Assembly: GCF_902713615.1 (NCBI RefSeq)
Contig: NC_052148.1
Location: 202,565,294 to 202,629,293, forward strand
Origin: Scyliorhinus canicula
Lineage: Eukaryota
Length of the DNA: 64,000 bases
Reading direction: 5' to 3'
The notes under the pieces were generated by a model that saw only the letters and a program-made list of their open reading frames with translations, had not been told where the DNA came from and ran no database searches. Below, in pieces: positions 13,371-26,520 of this stretch; the first letter of the stretch is position 1; each line of letters begins with the position of its first letter. Both the position numbers and the translations under genes were made by a program.

Positions 13371-14024
13371 GGGCGCGATTCTCCGCTCCCGCGCGGCATC
13401 GGGAAGGCCGTCGTGAACTCGGCTGAGTTTCACAAAGGCGTCGGAGGCTGCTCCTCGTATCCTATTCACCCCCCCCCCCCCCCCCCCCCCCCCCAGGAGG
13501 CTAGGAGAGGCGTGCTGTAAATCTCGGCCACCGGGCCTTGACGCTGGTGTCAAGGCCCGGCGTGCCGAGAATGACGCGGCCGGCGCGCCTAATGACGTCA
13601 GCCACGCATACGCAGGTTGGCCGGCTCCAACCCGCGGATGCCGTCTTCCCCTCCGCTGCCCCGCAAGACGTGTATGCGGAGTGCGTCCCTTGGAGACGCC
13701 GGCCCGACGATCGGTGGGCACCGATCGCGGGCCAGTCCCCTCCCGAACACGGTGGCGGTACTCACTCCCCTCTCCGCCCCCCACAAGCCACAAACGAGCC
13801 TTTGGCGCCATGGTGACCAGCTGTTGTTGCCGCCGGCGTGAACAGGTCGGGAACGTCAGGCCGCTCGGCCCATCCGGGCCGGAGAATCGCCGGTCGAACG
13901 GCGAGCGGTGATTCTCCGAGCGGGGGCGTGGGAGAATCGCGGGGGGTGCCAGGGCGGCGTGTCGTGATTCGCTCGGCCCTCCCGCGATTCTCCCACCTGG
14001 CGTGGGGAGCGGAGAATCGCGCCC
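13371..14024. mobile_element. PIF/Harbinger-type MITE inserted in a type-2 SINE tail
   Basis: Long TIRs gggcgcgattctccgctccc / gggagcggagaatcgcgccc, flanks acc/aca. Confidence 0.88.
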
Positions 14025-14042
14025 ACAGAGGGAGAATTCAGA

Positions 14043-14290
14043 GGGCGGGATTCTCCCGCAAATGGCGGGGCGGCCCAAGAGTGGCGCAAACCGCTCCGGC
14101 ATCGCGCCGCCTGGAATTTGCGGACTCCTCCGAACTTCCGGGTGCTAGGCCAGCGCTGGAAGGGTTGGAACCGCGCCAACCACCTCCGAAGGGCCGTCGC
14201 CAGCCGGCCCATGCGCAGGACTGTCAGCGTGCTCTGGCGCATGCGCAGAACTGCTGGCGTGTTTCATGCGCATGCGCAGCGGGTTTCTTC
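14043..14290. mobile_element. Truncated Harbinger-type MITE (left arm)
   Basis: Starts with TIR gggcgggattctcc and contains several GCGCATGCGC motifs. No right TIR is present. Confidence 0.7.
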
Positions 14291-14295
14291 TCTGT

Positions 14296-14487
14296 GCTGG
14301 TTTAGCACACTGGGCTAAATCGCTGGCTTTAAAGCAGATCAAGGCAGGCCAGCAGCATGGTTCAATTCCCGTACCAGCCTCCCCGAATAGGCACCGGAAT
14401 GTGGCGACTAGGGGCTTTGCACAGTAATTTCATTTGAAGCCGACATGTGACAATAAGCGATTTTCATTTCATTTCATTTTTCATTTC
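14296..14487 (+). mobile_element. tRNA-derived SINE (type 4) with (catttt)n tail
   Basis: Head gctggtttagcacactgggctaaatcgc with B box ggttcaattccc. The tail is shared with the type-2 SINE. Other copies lie at 30557 and 37542. Confidence 0.85.
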
Positions 14488-14918
14488 CTTACTAGAGTGG
14501 TTGGGGAGGGTTTAAACTAAAGTGACAGGGGGTTGGGAACTTCTGCAAGGAATCAGAGGAGGATGATACTGGGATAAAACAAAAGGCAGAAAGGGGAATA
14601 TGAAAAGCGATAGGAAGAGAAACCAAGGGCCAGATTCAAACAGAGCCACAGTGAAAAATGTTGGGAGCGAGACATATAATGTTAAAAATACAAACTTAAA
14701 AGTTTTGTGCCTTAACGTGCGGAGCATTCGCAATAAAGCAGATGAACTAATCGTGCAAATAGACGTAAACAGGTCCGATATCATTGGGTTTACGGAGACG
14801 TGGCTGCAGGGTGACCAGGGATGGGAACTGAATGTCCAGGGGTATTCAGTATTTAGAAGGGATAGGCAAAAAAGAAAAGGTGGTGGAGTCGCACTGCTGG
14901 GTAAAGAGGAAATTAACT

Positions 14919-15117
14919 GGGCAGCATGGTGGCACAGTGGTTAGCATTGCTGCCTCACGGCGCCAAGGACCCAGGTTCGATCATTTTTCGTGTCTATGTG
15001 GGTCTCACCCCCACATGCGCAGACTCCACACAGACAGTGACCCAAGTCGGGATTCAAACCCGGGGTATCTGGCGATGTGAAGCAACAGTGCTAACAACTG
15101 TGCTACCGTGCTGCCCA
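14919..15117. mobile_element. Two SINE heads fused in inverted orientation
   Basis: A plus-strand head starting gggcagcatggtggc is joined to a minus-strand head ending ccgtgctgccc. Both lack tails. Confidence 0.7.
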
Positions 15118-15256
15118 ATGTGGCAACATAGCAGACAATAGGGGACAGAGAACTGGCTGACCAACAAACACATACTTTGGTTCTGTCTTCACAAATAAGG
15201 ATACAAATCATATCCCAGAAACGTTGGGACACGCAGCGTTTCGTGAGAGGAAGAAA

Positions 15257-15492
15257 CTTTTATTTTTAGTGCAGCCAATTATTTTTTTCCAATTAAGGGG
15301 CAATTTAACTTGGCCAATCCACTTAACCTGTACATCTTTGGGTTGTGGGGGTGAAATCCACACAGACATGTGCAAACTCCACGCAGACATGTGCAAAAGA
15401 ATGTGCAAACTCCATATGGACAGTGACCGGGGCCGGGATCGAACCCGGGTCCTCATCGCCATAGGCAGCAGTGCTAACCACTGCACCACCCT
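15257..15492 (-). mobile_element. Short A-tailed V-SINE (type 3)
   Basis: Same family as 9943-10172, with an internal duplication of gacatgtgcaaa. Confidence 0.85.
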
Positions 15493-17151
15493 AGCGAGTG
15501 GAGGAACTCAAGGAGATCAATATTAGTAGAGAAATGGTGTTGGGGAAATTGTTGCAATTCAAGGCTGATAAATTCCCAGGGCCTGATCACCTACATCCCA
15601 GAATACTTAAGGAAGTGGCTTTAGAAATAATGGATGTATTGGTGGTCATCTTCAAGGATTTTATAGACTCTGGAAGAGTTCCTGCAGATTGGGGGTAGCT
15701 AATGTAACTCCACAATTTATAAAGGGAGGTAGAGAGAAACCAGCGAATTATAGAGCAGAAAGCCTGATTTTGGTAGTGAGTAAAATTCAAGAATCAATTA
15801 TCAAAGATTTTATAGCAGAGCATTTAGAAGACAGTGGCAGGATCGGATAGAGTCAACATAGATTTATGAAAGGGAAATCATGCTTGACAAATCTACTGGA
15901 ATTCTTCGAGGATGCAACTAGTAGAGTCGACGAGGGGGTGCCAGTGGATATGGTTTATTTGGACTTTCAGTAGGCTTTTGACAAAGTCCTGCATAAGTGA
16001 TGAGCGTGCAAAACTAAAATGCATGGGATTAGAGGTAGTGCATTGAGATAGATAGAAAACTGGTTGGCAGATAGGAAATAAAGAGGAGGAATAAACGGGT
16101 CTTTTTCAAATTAGCAGGCAGTGACTAGTGGGGTACCGCAGAGGTCAGTGCTCAGGCTTCAGCTATTCACAACATATATTAATGATTTAGATGAGCGAAC
16201 AAAATGTAATATCTCCACATTTTCAGATGACACCAAGTTGTGTGGGAGGGTGAGCTGTCAGGAGGCTGCAGAGATCGTTCAGTGTGATTTGGCCAAGTTG
16301 AGTGAGTGGGTAAATGAATGGCAGATGCAGTATAATTTGGAGAAATGCGAGGTTATCCACTTTGGTAGTATAAACGAGAAGGCAAACTATTATCTGAATG
16401 GCCATAAATTAGGAGAGGGGAATGTGCAACGAGGCTGGGTGTCTTTGTACACCAGTCACTGAAGGTACGCATGCAGGTACAGCTGGCGGTAAAGCAGGAA
16501 AATGGTATGTTGGCCTTCATTGCGAGAGGATTCGGGTACAGAAGCAAGGAGGTCTTGCTGCAATTATACAGGGCCTTGGTGAGGCCACACCTGGAATATT
16601 GTGTGCAGTTTTGGTCTCCTTTTCTGAAGAAGGAAGTTCTTGCTCTTGAGGGAGTGCAGCAAAGGTTTACCAGACTGATTCCTGGGATGGCTGGACTTAC
16701 GTATGAGGAGAGATTTAATTGGCTAGGATTGTATTTGCTGGTGTTCAGAAGAATGAGCAGGAATCTCATAGAAACCTATTAAATTTACCAGGGCTAGATA
16801 GGGTAGATGCAGGAAGGATGCTCCCAATTGTGCGTGCATCCAGAACCAGGGGTCACAGTCTGAGGATACGGGGTGGACCATTTAGGACAGAGATGAGGGG
16901 AAATTTCTTCATCCAGAGAGTGGTCGGCCTGTGGAATTAATTACCACAGGAAGCAGTTGTGGCCAAAATGTTGTATATTTTCAAGAAGCATTTAGATATA
17001 GCACTTAGGACGAAGGGGATCAAAGGATATGGGGGAAAACAGAATTAGGCTATTGAGTTGGATGATCAGCCATGATCATGCTGAATGGCGAAACAGGCTC
17101 GAAGGGCCGAATGGCCTCCTCCTGATCCTATTTTCTATGTTTCTATGTTTC

Positions 17152-17830
17152 AATCTGGAGCAAGCCCACCAGGATGCCCTGGCAGCAGGATTTTCTGCCA
17201 TTGCTAGCATGCCCCAGCTCCAGGGAGTGACCAATGGAACACATGTCCCCCTAATACCACCGGCTCATCAGGGGGAGCCCTTTATCAACCGGAAGGGCTT
17301 CCACTCCTTGAATGTGCAATTGGTGTGTGACCACCAGCTGCACATCATACATGTCTGCATCAGACAGCGTGCATAACACATAATTCCTGGCTCACTCTTC
17401 AAATTAAGGGCACCTTCGAGGCAGTCCCTTGGTGTTGGTTCTTGAGTGACAAGGGTTACCCGCTGAGTTCTTGGCTAATGGCGCCTGTCCGGAGGCCCCA
17501 GACCGTCGCAGAGAACCGTTATAACGACATTCATGCAACGACCAGGAGCGTCATTGAGCAGTGCATTAGCGTCCGCATGATGCACTTTTGGTGCATGGAC
17601 CGCTCCGATGGGGCTCTCCAATATAGCTGCATCCTGCATAACATCACGGGGGGGGGGGGGGGGGGGGGGGCATGCTGGAGGAGGAGGAAGAACATCAGGC
17701 CTCATCTGACAAGGAGGATGGCTAGGAAGAGCCGGGTATGGAGCCCGGGCTGGCGCGGCAGGCCACCCAATGTGTGTTCCAGGGCCACCGTACATGGGAC
17801 AACCTCATCCTCTCCAGATTTGCCAACTAA
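17152..17830 (+). pseudogene. PIF/Harbinger (HARBI1-like) DDE transposase fragment
   Basis: QGVTNGTHVPL...FINRKGFHSLNVQLVCD, SDKGYPLSSWLMAP and TRSVIEQ motifs, frameshifted. Confidence 0.88.
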
Positions 17831-18092
17831 GAGGCCTGGCCACAGGCAGCTCCGCCACCTGTCCTACCACACCATACTCTCCCCCGCCGTTCATTCTGTC
17901 TCTCCTTCCTTCACTCCATCCCACCACCCCCAACTCCCCCTGGGGCGGGGGGGGGGGGGGGAAACCCACACCATCGACCTCCCTCACCTCGCCCCCCCCA
18001 CCCCCACCCCGCCCCCTCACCCCCACCCGGCACATCTTCTACACCCAGCCCAACCCATCCCTCACACCCTTCAGACAAAGGATTGAGGCAGA

Positions 18093-18420
18093 GGCAGCAC
18101 GGCGGTTCAGCGCTGCCTCACAGCGCTAGGGACCCGGGTTCAATTCTGGCTTTGGGTGACTGTATGTGTGGAGTTTGCACGTTCTCCCTGTGTCTGCATG
18201 GGTTTCCTCTGGATGTTCTGGTTTCCTCACACAGTTCAAAGACAGGTTAGGAGGATTGGCTATGCAAAACAAATTGCTCCTGAATATGTATGTTAGGTGA
18301 GGTTATGGGCATAGGACGGGATATGTGTCTTGGTAGAGTGCTCTTTAAGAGAGTCAGTGCAGACTCGAGGGGTCGAATGGCTTCCTTCTGTACCGCAGGG
18401 ATTCTGTTATGATTCTATGA
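18093..18420 (+). mobile_element. HE1-type V-SINE (older copy)
   Basis: tRNA head, V-domain and (gattctat)n tail. Confidence 0.8.
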
Positions 18421-18459
18421 GGTTGAATGTTGGTGAAAAGATGTTTGATACTGACTATA

Positions 18460-19929
18460 TGTCATCATTGTCTACAGGAATAGTGCCAGAAGACTGGAGG
18501 ATTGCAAATGCTGTCCCCTTGTTCAAGAAGGGGAGTAGAGACAACCCTGGTAACTATAGACCAGTGAGCCTTACTTCTGTTGTGGGCAAAGTCTTTTAAA
18601 GGTTTATGAGAGATAGGATTTATAATCATCTGGAAAGGAATAATTTGATTAGGGATAGTCAACACGGTTTTGTGAAGGGTAGGTCGTGCCTCACAAACCT
18701 TATTAAGTTCTTTGAGATGACCAAATAGGTGGATGAGGGTAAAGCAGTTGAAGGGTGTATATGGATTTCAGTAAAGCGTTTGATAAGGTTCCCCACGGTA
18801 GGCTATTGCAGAAAATACAGAGGCATGGGATTCAGGGTGATTTAGCAGTTTGGATCAGAAATTGGCTTGCTGTAAGAAGACAGAGGGTGGTGGTTGATGG
18901 GAAATGTCCAGCCTGGAGTTCAGTTACTAGTGGTGTACCGCAAAGATCTGTTTTGGGGCCACTGCTGTTTGTCATTTTTATAAATGATCTGGAGGAGGGC
19001 GTAGAAGGATGGGTGAGTACATTTGCAGATGACACTAAAGTCGGTTGAGTTGTGGACAGTGCGGAAGGATGTTGCAGATTACAGAGGGACATAGATAAAC
19101 TGCAGAGCTGGGCTGAGAGGTGGCAAATGGAGTTTAATGCAGAAAAAGTGCGAGGTGATTCATTTTGGAAGGAGTAATAGGAAGACAGAGTACTGGGCTA
19201 ATGGTAAGATTCTTGGTAGTGTGGATGAGCAGAGAGATCTGGGTGTCCATGTACATAGATTCCTGAAAGTTGCCACCCAAGTTGATAGGGTTGTTAAGAA
19301 GGCGTACGATGTGTTAGCTTTTATTAGTAGATGGATTGAGTTTCGGAGCCATGAGGTCATGATGCAGCTGTACAAAACTCTGGTGCGGCCGCATTTGGAG
19401 TATTGCGTGTAGTTCTGGTCGCCGCATTATAGGAAGGATGTGGAAGCATTAGAAAGGATGCAGAGGCGATTTACCAGGATGTTGCCTAGTAGGGAGGGAA
19501 GATCTTATGAGGAAAGGCTGAGGGACTTAAGGCTGATTTCGTTAGAGAGAAGGTTAAGAGGTGACTTAATTGAGGCATACAAGATGATCAGAGGATTAGA
19601 TAGGGTGGACAGTGAGAGCCTTTTTCCTCGGATGGTGATGGCTAGTACGAGGGGACATAGCTTTAAATTGAGGGGAGATAGCTATAGGACAGATGTCAGA
19701 GGTAGGTTCTTTACTCAGAGAGTAGTAAGGGCGTGGAATGCCCTGCCTGCAACAGTAGTGCACTCGCTAACATTAAGGGCATTAAGGGCATTTAAATGGT
19801 CATTGGATAAACATATGGACGATAAGGGAATAGTGTAGATGGGCTTTAGAGGGGTTTCACAGATCGGCGCAACATCGAGGGCCGAAGGGCCTGTACTGCG
19901 CTGTAATGTTCTCTGTTCTATGTTCTATA
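18460..19929 (+). mobile_element. 5'-truncated CR1 LINE (RT to tail)
   Basis: NYRPVSLTSVVGK, YMDFSKAFDKVPH, FADDTKV and LRGDLIEAYK motifs; tail (gttctat)n; several stop codons. Confidence 0.95.
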
Positions 19930-20419
19930 GATACATTATTGTACCCTGAACCCTTACCTCCAACCCATGTGCCAACATAACTCGTGCCGAACTTCCTGAT
20001 TTTGTGTAGCCTCTCGTTCCTTTTACGTGTGACCCCAGACAGCACATCTGACACAGGTGGTCTGCTGCGCCTGTCACCCTCTGACCTGAGATGCCTTTGA
20101 CGGCTGTCCTTTGGAGGGCCAGGACCTGGATACCTCTGGCTGACTTTCGGGTTTCGTAGGTGATGAGGTGCCAACCTGTTCTGCCCGCTGCCGTCAGATG
20201 CGCCAGTGGGGGGGGGGGGGGGGATTCAGAAGTGCTGAGGTGTTTCAGGTGTTCCCCGTGGAAGGCACTGGCATCGGGACAGGCCCCATCACTTCCTCCT
20301 CCGTCGGGATGCTCGATGACCCTCGGGCTGCGCCATGGAATGAAAGTGAGACCGGAATGAGCTCCCGAGGCTCCACTGACACCTGCCACTGCAAGACCCG
20401 GAGGCCCACCCTTGGCTGA

Positions 20420-20720
20420 ACCCGGGTCTCAATGCCCTCAAACAGCACACGAGCTGGACATTCAGGGAGTGGAACCCCTTCCTGTTAATGTAGGGCACTT
20501 CCTGATGGCCTGGTGCGTGCAAGGCGACATCCTTGCCATCTATTACCCCCTGGTCCTGGGACATCCCAGCGATGGCGGAGAACCCTGCTGCCCGGGATCT
20601 TGTTGGGCCTGGACCGTGTCAATGTTTATGTAGCTCACTGCCCGGGCTAAGAGGGCATTCGTGACCTCATCAATTCACTTGTGGGCTGTAGCCAATTGAG
20701 CCCTGGAATGATCAGGACTG
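20420..20720 (-). pseudogene. PIF/Harbinger transposase fragment
   Basis: QGVIDGKDVAL...YINRKGFHSLNVQLVC. Confidence 0.8.
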
Positions 20721-21029
20721 TGGTGACCTAGTCGTTCACTGGGAGCGGACATCTTCCCCATCCACATGGTGCCAAGTCCGCAAGGACATGGCACAGGTGC
20801 CACACTGTTTCCCTGTTGAGGCGGAGCCTCCTGTTGCACAAGCTGACCGTCATCTGCCCGAAAGACCAGCAACGCCTGTACACCTCGGGCAGTCGCCGAC
20901 CTCCCCCTCTGTGTCCCTCCCTGGCCTGATGTGCATCTGGTCCTCAGAATGTGAAGCACGGCCCTGCACATGGGCTGCCTTGAGTCTCTGTCGACACAGC
21001 TGTCGCCGTCTTCTCTGGCATCTGGTCAC

Positions 21030-21472
21030 CTAGCCTGCCAGCAGCACTGTAAGGGCAGCCACCGCGGGGTCCAAGATATCTGTGCGAAGGATCGGGGGGG
21101 GGGGGGGGGGGGGGATGGTAGCTTCGTCCATGGGGGGGCCTCCGATGGGGTCTGGCCCGCAATCGGGGCCCGCTGATCGGCAGGCCAGCCTCTCCCCCCC
21201 CCCGGGCCTACTTTGTTGCGTATCTGGCCCCAGAACCCCCGCGCCATGTTGCGTCGGGACCACCGCGCATGTGTGGGTTGGAACGTCGCCACTGTGCATG
21301 CGCGGGTTGGCGTTGCCCCCAGTGCGTGCCAGGAAGTGAAGCTGGAGCGGCGTGAACTGCTCCAGCGCTGTGCTGGCCCCCTGTAGGGGCCCGAATCGCT
21401 AATGCCCGCGCCCGTTTCGACAGCGTTCACGACGGCGCGGACACTCTGTCCCGTGATCGGAGAATCGCGCCC
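21030..21472. mobile_element. Harbinger-type MITE right arm
   Basis: CpG-rich, contains a poly-G tract and ends in TIR ggagaatcgcgccc. Confidence 0.75.
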
Positions 21473-22289
21473 ATGCTTTCGAATTTACTGATAAGGTGAG
21501 AAATTAGTTGACCGCCGACTTTCATGGCGGGTTGCAGAGCCCATCACGCCATGTTGGGAACATCATTTGAACCATTTTGAATATCATGAATACTCATTGA
21601 AGTGGAAACGTGCCAGAATCACACCCCCACTTCAGGTCAAATGGCCACACTGGTCACAAATTTGACCGATGTGATTCACAACCGGATAGAAATGACATGC
21701 ACCTGGCGAGCGCCACTTCACTCGTGATCTCGAGGTATGTTTGCCTACCTTTCGTAGCACTGCTTTTATGGGTGCTCTGTCCCAAACTGTGCAATAGGAA
21801 TTCAGAAGGGGGGGAGTGTGTCATGGCCAAGGCTTACCATGTGACACCAACGGGAAGGTGGGGGGTTATTGAAAGGGGTGGAGGGTAAAAGCTTGACTGA
21901 GGGGGGAAACGAGTGGGGAAGAGAGCACAGAGACACATGACTGAGGAGAGTGGGGGATTTAGTCGGGTCTAGAGAGCATAGTCAGTCCTAGGGTCTAAGC
22001 TGGCCTGGTAGTAATACCTCAGCAGCTCCATTTTCCAAGCTGATCCAATGACACAGTACAAAAACAAGCTCTGAAAAATATTGCCAGAGGAGGGCTGCCA
22101 GGGATTTTCGGGCGAGTCAATGACTGTACTTGTGGATCGTTTGAAGAAGTAGCCTACTATTAGATATGTTTGAAACAGTCAAATGCTAATTCAGGCAAAG
22201 TGATATTTTAACTAATGTTGTACATTCTTGCAAGAATATAAACCCGAGTGGGGTCATTGTAGAATTGGCTTCCGAAGACCCCTTGTCTC

Positions 22290-22997
22290 TTTGGTGTACA
22301 GGTCCACAGGTCACTGAAAGGGGCAACACAGGTGGAGAAGGTAGTCAAGAAGGCATACGGCATGCTTGCCTTCATTGGCCGGGGCATTGAGTATAAGAAT
22401 TGGCAAGTCATGTTGCAGCTGTATAGAACCTTAGTTAGGCCACACTTGGAGTATAGTGTTCAATTCTGGTTGCCACACTACCAGAAGGATGTGGAGGCTT
22501 TAGAGAGGGTGCAGAAGAGATTTACCAGGATGTTGCCTGGTATGGAGGGCATTAGCTATGAGGAGAGGTTGAATAAAGTCGGTTTGTTCTCACTGGAACG
22601 ACGGAGGTTGAGGGGCGACCTGATAGAGGCCTACAAAATTATGAGGGGCATAGACAGAGTGGATAGTCAGAGGCTTTTTACTAGGGTAGAGGGATCAATT
22701 ACTAGGGGCCATAGGTTTAAGGTGTGAGGGGCAAAGTATAGAGTAGATGTACGAGACAAGTTTTTTACACAGAGGGTAGTGGGTGCCTGGAACTCCCTGC
22801 CGGAGGAGGTGGTGGAAGCAGGGGCGACAGTGACATTTAAGGGGCATCTTGACAAATACATGAATAGGATGGGAATAGAGGGATATGGACCCAGGAAGTG
22901 TAGAAGGTTTTAGTTTAGACGGGCAGCATAGTCGGCACAGGCTTGGAGGGCCGGAGGGCCTGTTTCTGTGCTGTACGTTTCTTTGTTCTTTGTTCTT
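22290..22997 (+). mobile_element. 5'-truncated CR1 LINE
   Basis: ORF 22332-22727 (KKAYGMLAFI...RPHLEYSVQFW...LRGDLIEAYK); tail (gttcttt)n. Confidence 0.95.
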
Positions 22998-23384
22998 TAG
23001 TGGGAAATCCCGAATGTCAGGAGGAGCAAACTGAAAAGGGGCCATGAGCCAAAATGCATCAGCCTCATGACCCTAAGACCTCAACACATTGAAGCTGGAA
23101 GATTAAGATTTTGAAGGCTGCCTCCCCAAAAGAACTCTCACAACATGAGTGCAAGTTGGGGCTGCTGTGTAATCTAAAGGGTACAGTCTAACAGTGCCCC
23201 GAATGAGGCTTCTCTCACATGGCTTGTCCCCCAGCCAGATCCCAGCTCTGTGTCAAAGCCCCAACATGCTTGTGTCATTTGGTGAGGAATTGTTGGAGGT
23301 TAGGTCCCCTACCAGTGATTGAGATGGCTGTGATAGCATTCTCAGGGACTAGGTAGGGATGTAATGGCTGGAAGGCTACTACAC

Positions 23385-24500
23385 AAGATAGGAGCTCATA
23401 GTGTTAGAGGTAATATTGTAACATGGATGGTGGATTGGCTGATTAACAGGAAGCAGCGAGTGGTGATAAGGGGGAGGCTGGAGGGCAGTAACCAGTAGAG
23501 TTCCACAGGGATCAGTGCTGGACCACAGCTCTTCTCAATATATATTAATCATTTTGAGGAAGGTACAGTGTACTGTGGCCATATTTGTGAATGATACAAT
23601 GGTGGGAGGGAAGCCAGGGTGTAAGGAGGATGTAAATAGTTTACGGAGAGATATTGACAGATTAAGTGAGTGGGCAGAAAACTGGCAAATAGAATTCAAG
23701 GTGGAAAAATGTGAGATTGTTCATTTTGGAAGAAAGAATGAGAAGGCAGATTATTACTTAAATTAGAGTGACTGCAGAAAGGGACTTGAGGGTGTTTGTT
23801 CATGAAATCCAGAAAGCTAGGATACAGGTGCAGAAGGAACTAGGGAAGGCAAATGGAATGCTGGCTTTTATTTCAAGGGGGCTGCAGTATAAAAATAAAG
23901 AGGTGTTGCTGCAACTGCACAAGGTACTAGTGAGGCCACATTTACAGTACTGTGTACAGTTTGGTCTCCTTATTTAAGGAAAGATATATTATCATTGGAG
24001 GCAGTACAGAAGAGGTTCACTAGGAGGATCTTGGGCACGGAGGGACTGCCATATGAGGAAAGATTGGACTGGTTGTGTTTATGCTCCTTTGGAGTTCAGA
24101 TGAATGAGAGGTGATATGTTTAAAACGTATTAGATTCTTAGTGGGTTCGACAGGGTAAATGTTTGGAGGATGTTTCCACTCATGGGAGAGTGTAGGACCA
24201 GAGGGCATAGTCGCAGATTGAGGAGGTGCTTCTCTAAGGTGGATTTGAGAAAGAATTTCTTCTCTCAAAGAGTGGTGAATCTTTGGAATTCTTTACCCCA
24301 GGAAGCTGAGGAGGCTAAGTCTTTAAACATTTTCAAAGCTGAGATTGATAGGTTTGTAATTAATAGGGGGGCTAAAGGTTACAGAGATAAGGCAGAAAAG
24401 TGGACTTAGTGTTAGATCAGCAAAGATCTTACTAAATGGCAGTGTAGGCTCAAAGGACTCAATGGCCTAATTCTGTTGCTGTTCCTTATAGTTTTATGGA
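23385..24500 (+). mobile_element. Degenerate CR1 LINE RT and 3' end
   Basis: IFVNDT (decayed FADDT), EKCEIVHFG, VRPHLQYCVQF, TRGH and RKNFFSQRVVNLWN motifs. Confidence 0.9.
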
Positions 24501-24699
24501 ATGAAAGTGACCCATGGGTTCTAGAATTGCTCAGTTAGCGATTGGAAGGTGAACATTGCTGGTTTATGTTCATTCATGTTTCTGTTCAGAGTTTTCGCAG
24601 ACACATGCAAGAGAGCCTCGTGGAAGGAGTAGACACACTACCTTCAGCTTGGCAATCAGGCAACCATGAAGGGGAAGACAATCATCACTAGGGGCCAGT

Positions 24700-25050
24700 G
24701 GGGCCCCCTCAAGACCCAGAAGCTGAGGCTGAGAGACCCATTGAGCAGAGGCTTTTGCCAAGACCAAGGGTGTATGGAGGACACCTCACATGCCTCAATG
24801 TTGCAGGGACAGGAGGCTATCCATTTCCAGTGCCTCCAAAAGTGACAACCTCTCTGGCCTTCATCACGAGTGGCTCGTTCCAGGGCTCCATTGGGGACCT
24901 CTGCAGAATCTCTCATGTACCTGCTCACAAATGCATTCACGAGGTTACAGATGCTCTATTTGGCAATATCCAGCTCTCTCAAGATGAAGCCAGCCAGGCT
25001 GCCACAGCAATGGAATTTGCAGCTATCTCCAGATTCCTATCCACTCGTGT
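24700..25050 (+). pseudogene. PIF/Harbinger transposase N-terminal fragment
   Basis: KVTTSLAFITSGSFQGSIGDLCRISHVPAHKCIHEVTDALF. Confidence 0.8.
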
Positions 25051-26520
25051 CTTTCAGAGCCCACGGGAACAGCCATTACAATCCAGCCAAGCAGGATTCT
25101 CCAGCGTGCAGTTAAGGGAGCAAAGCAAGTGCATCGGCCCTCTTCCCCATAGGTAGTACTGGCTGGTCCGACACCCTGAAGACTGCCACTCTTGGGCATG
25201 GCTCCACCCTCACCCCGACAACCTTGGACATTGCCTCGAAGAAGGCTGTCCAAATCTGACAAGTCTGGGGCAGGCTCAGAACACATGGACGTGGTTGGCC
25301 AGGCCTCCCTGGCACCGTTCATACCGTCCACCTCCGGGAAGAACCTGTTCATTTGGGTTCTGGTTAGGTGCGCTCTGTGCACCACTTTAAACTGTATGAG
25401 GCTTTGCCTTGAGCAGGAGGAAGTGGAGTTTGTCCTACTTAGTGCTTCACTCCAGAGTCCCCATCCTACTTCGGTCCCTACTTTGTCCTCCCATTTCTGT
25501 CTTGCTCAGTTGAATGGTGCTCCCGCCCTCTCTAAAAGTCGTCCGTACATGTCCATCATAGTTCCCCTTCTCCAGATTGTCCGCGTGCAGCAGTTCCTCC
25601 AGCACTGTGTCTCTCAGGGCCCTAGGGTACCTCATCAGCTCCTTGCAGAGAAAATTTTCAATTTGTAAATGTCGGAGCTCCTGTGCATTCGGTAGCTCCA
25701 GTCTTTCTGTTAGCTCGTCTTTGTTTGTGCGTCTGTCCCCCATGTAAAAGTCATCCCTGATCGTGAGCGTCCCCCTGTCCTGTCTCCACTTCTTAAAAGT
25801 GGCTCCTAGCATGGCTGGTGGGTATTTGTGGTTACCGCAGATGGGGGCCATGGTGGACATCTCGGTTAAGCCGAAATGTTGTCCCATCTGGTTCCATGTT
25901 TTAACGTAGCTACCACCATTGGGCTGGGCGTGTGCTTTGCTGTGTGGAATGGGAGCGCTGCCATGGCGAGGGCACGGAGTGTCGTTCCCTTGCAATAGGA
26001 CTCCTCCAGCCTCACCCATTCCATACTCTGTTCCCTTACCCATCCTCTCACTCTCTCAGCTGTGGCTGCCCAGTGGTAGTATTGCAAGTTCAGAAGAGCC
26101 AGGCCGCCCATGTTACTTCTCTTCTGCAGTGTAGTCTTGGGGATTCTTGGATTCTTCCCCCACACAAACGCCATGATCATTTTGTCTATTCCTTGGAAAA
26201 AGGCCTTGGAAATGAAGATTACTATAATCTAAACAGGAATAGGAACCTTGGCAGTACGTTCATCTTTATCGTCTGCACCCTCCCCGCCAGGGAGAGCGGG
26301 AGTGCATCCCTTTTTAACTTCCTCCGCCAGACTGGCCGGATTCCACTTGTGGATCCATGTCCAGACATGGGCTGTCTGGATCCCCAATTTGCTTTGCGCT
26401 AGTTTGAATGGTGGACCCTCCAGCTCCATCCCGCCCCCATTCGGATTCACCGGGTCGATTGACCATCTCAGAACTGGAAGACATAGTCTGGCGTGACACT
26501 AGCCAGATTTTCTGGCTCAA
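25050..26520 (-). mobile_element. L1/Tx1-clade LINE ORF2 C-terminal fragment
   Basis: FVWGKNPRI...GGLALLNLQYYHWAA and VHRAHLTR...FFPEV motifs, frameshifted. Confidence 0.85.

Larger units (their letters stand above)
12780..17151 (+). mobile_element. Long CR1 LINE (ORF1 remnant, APE, RT, tail), fragmented by insertions and deletions
   Basis: ORF1 Cys motif LVCCS.SMWE...CRKYLQ; APE LCLNVRSIRNKADEL...GFTETWL; RT SGVPQRSVL, FSDDTKL and RPHLEYCVQFWSP; tail (tttctatg)n. Confidence 0.9.

Noticed and set aside
17029-18086. Domesticated HARBI1 gene
   Set aside because: It is fragmentary, frameshifted and has catalytic-motif changes, and similar decayed fragments recur in the window, so it is transposon debris.
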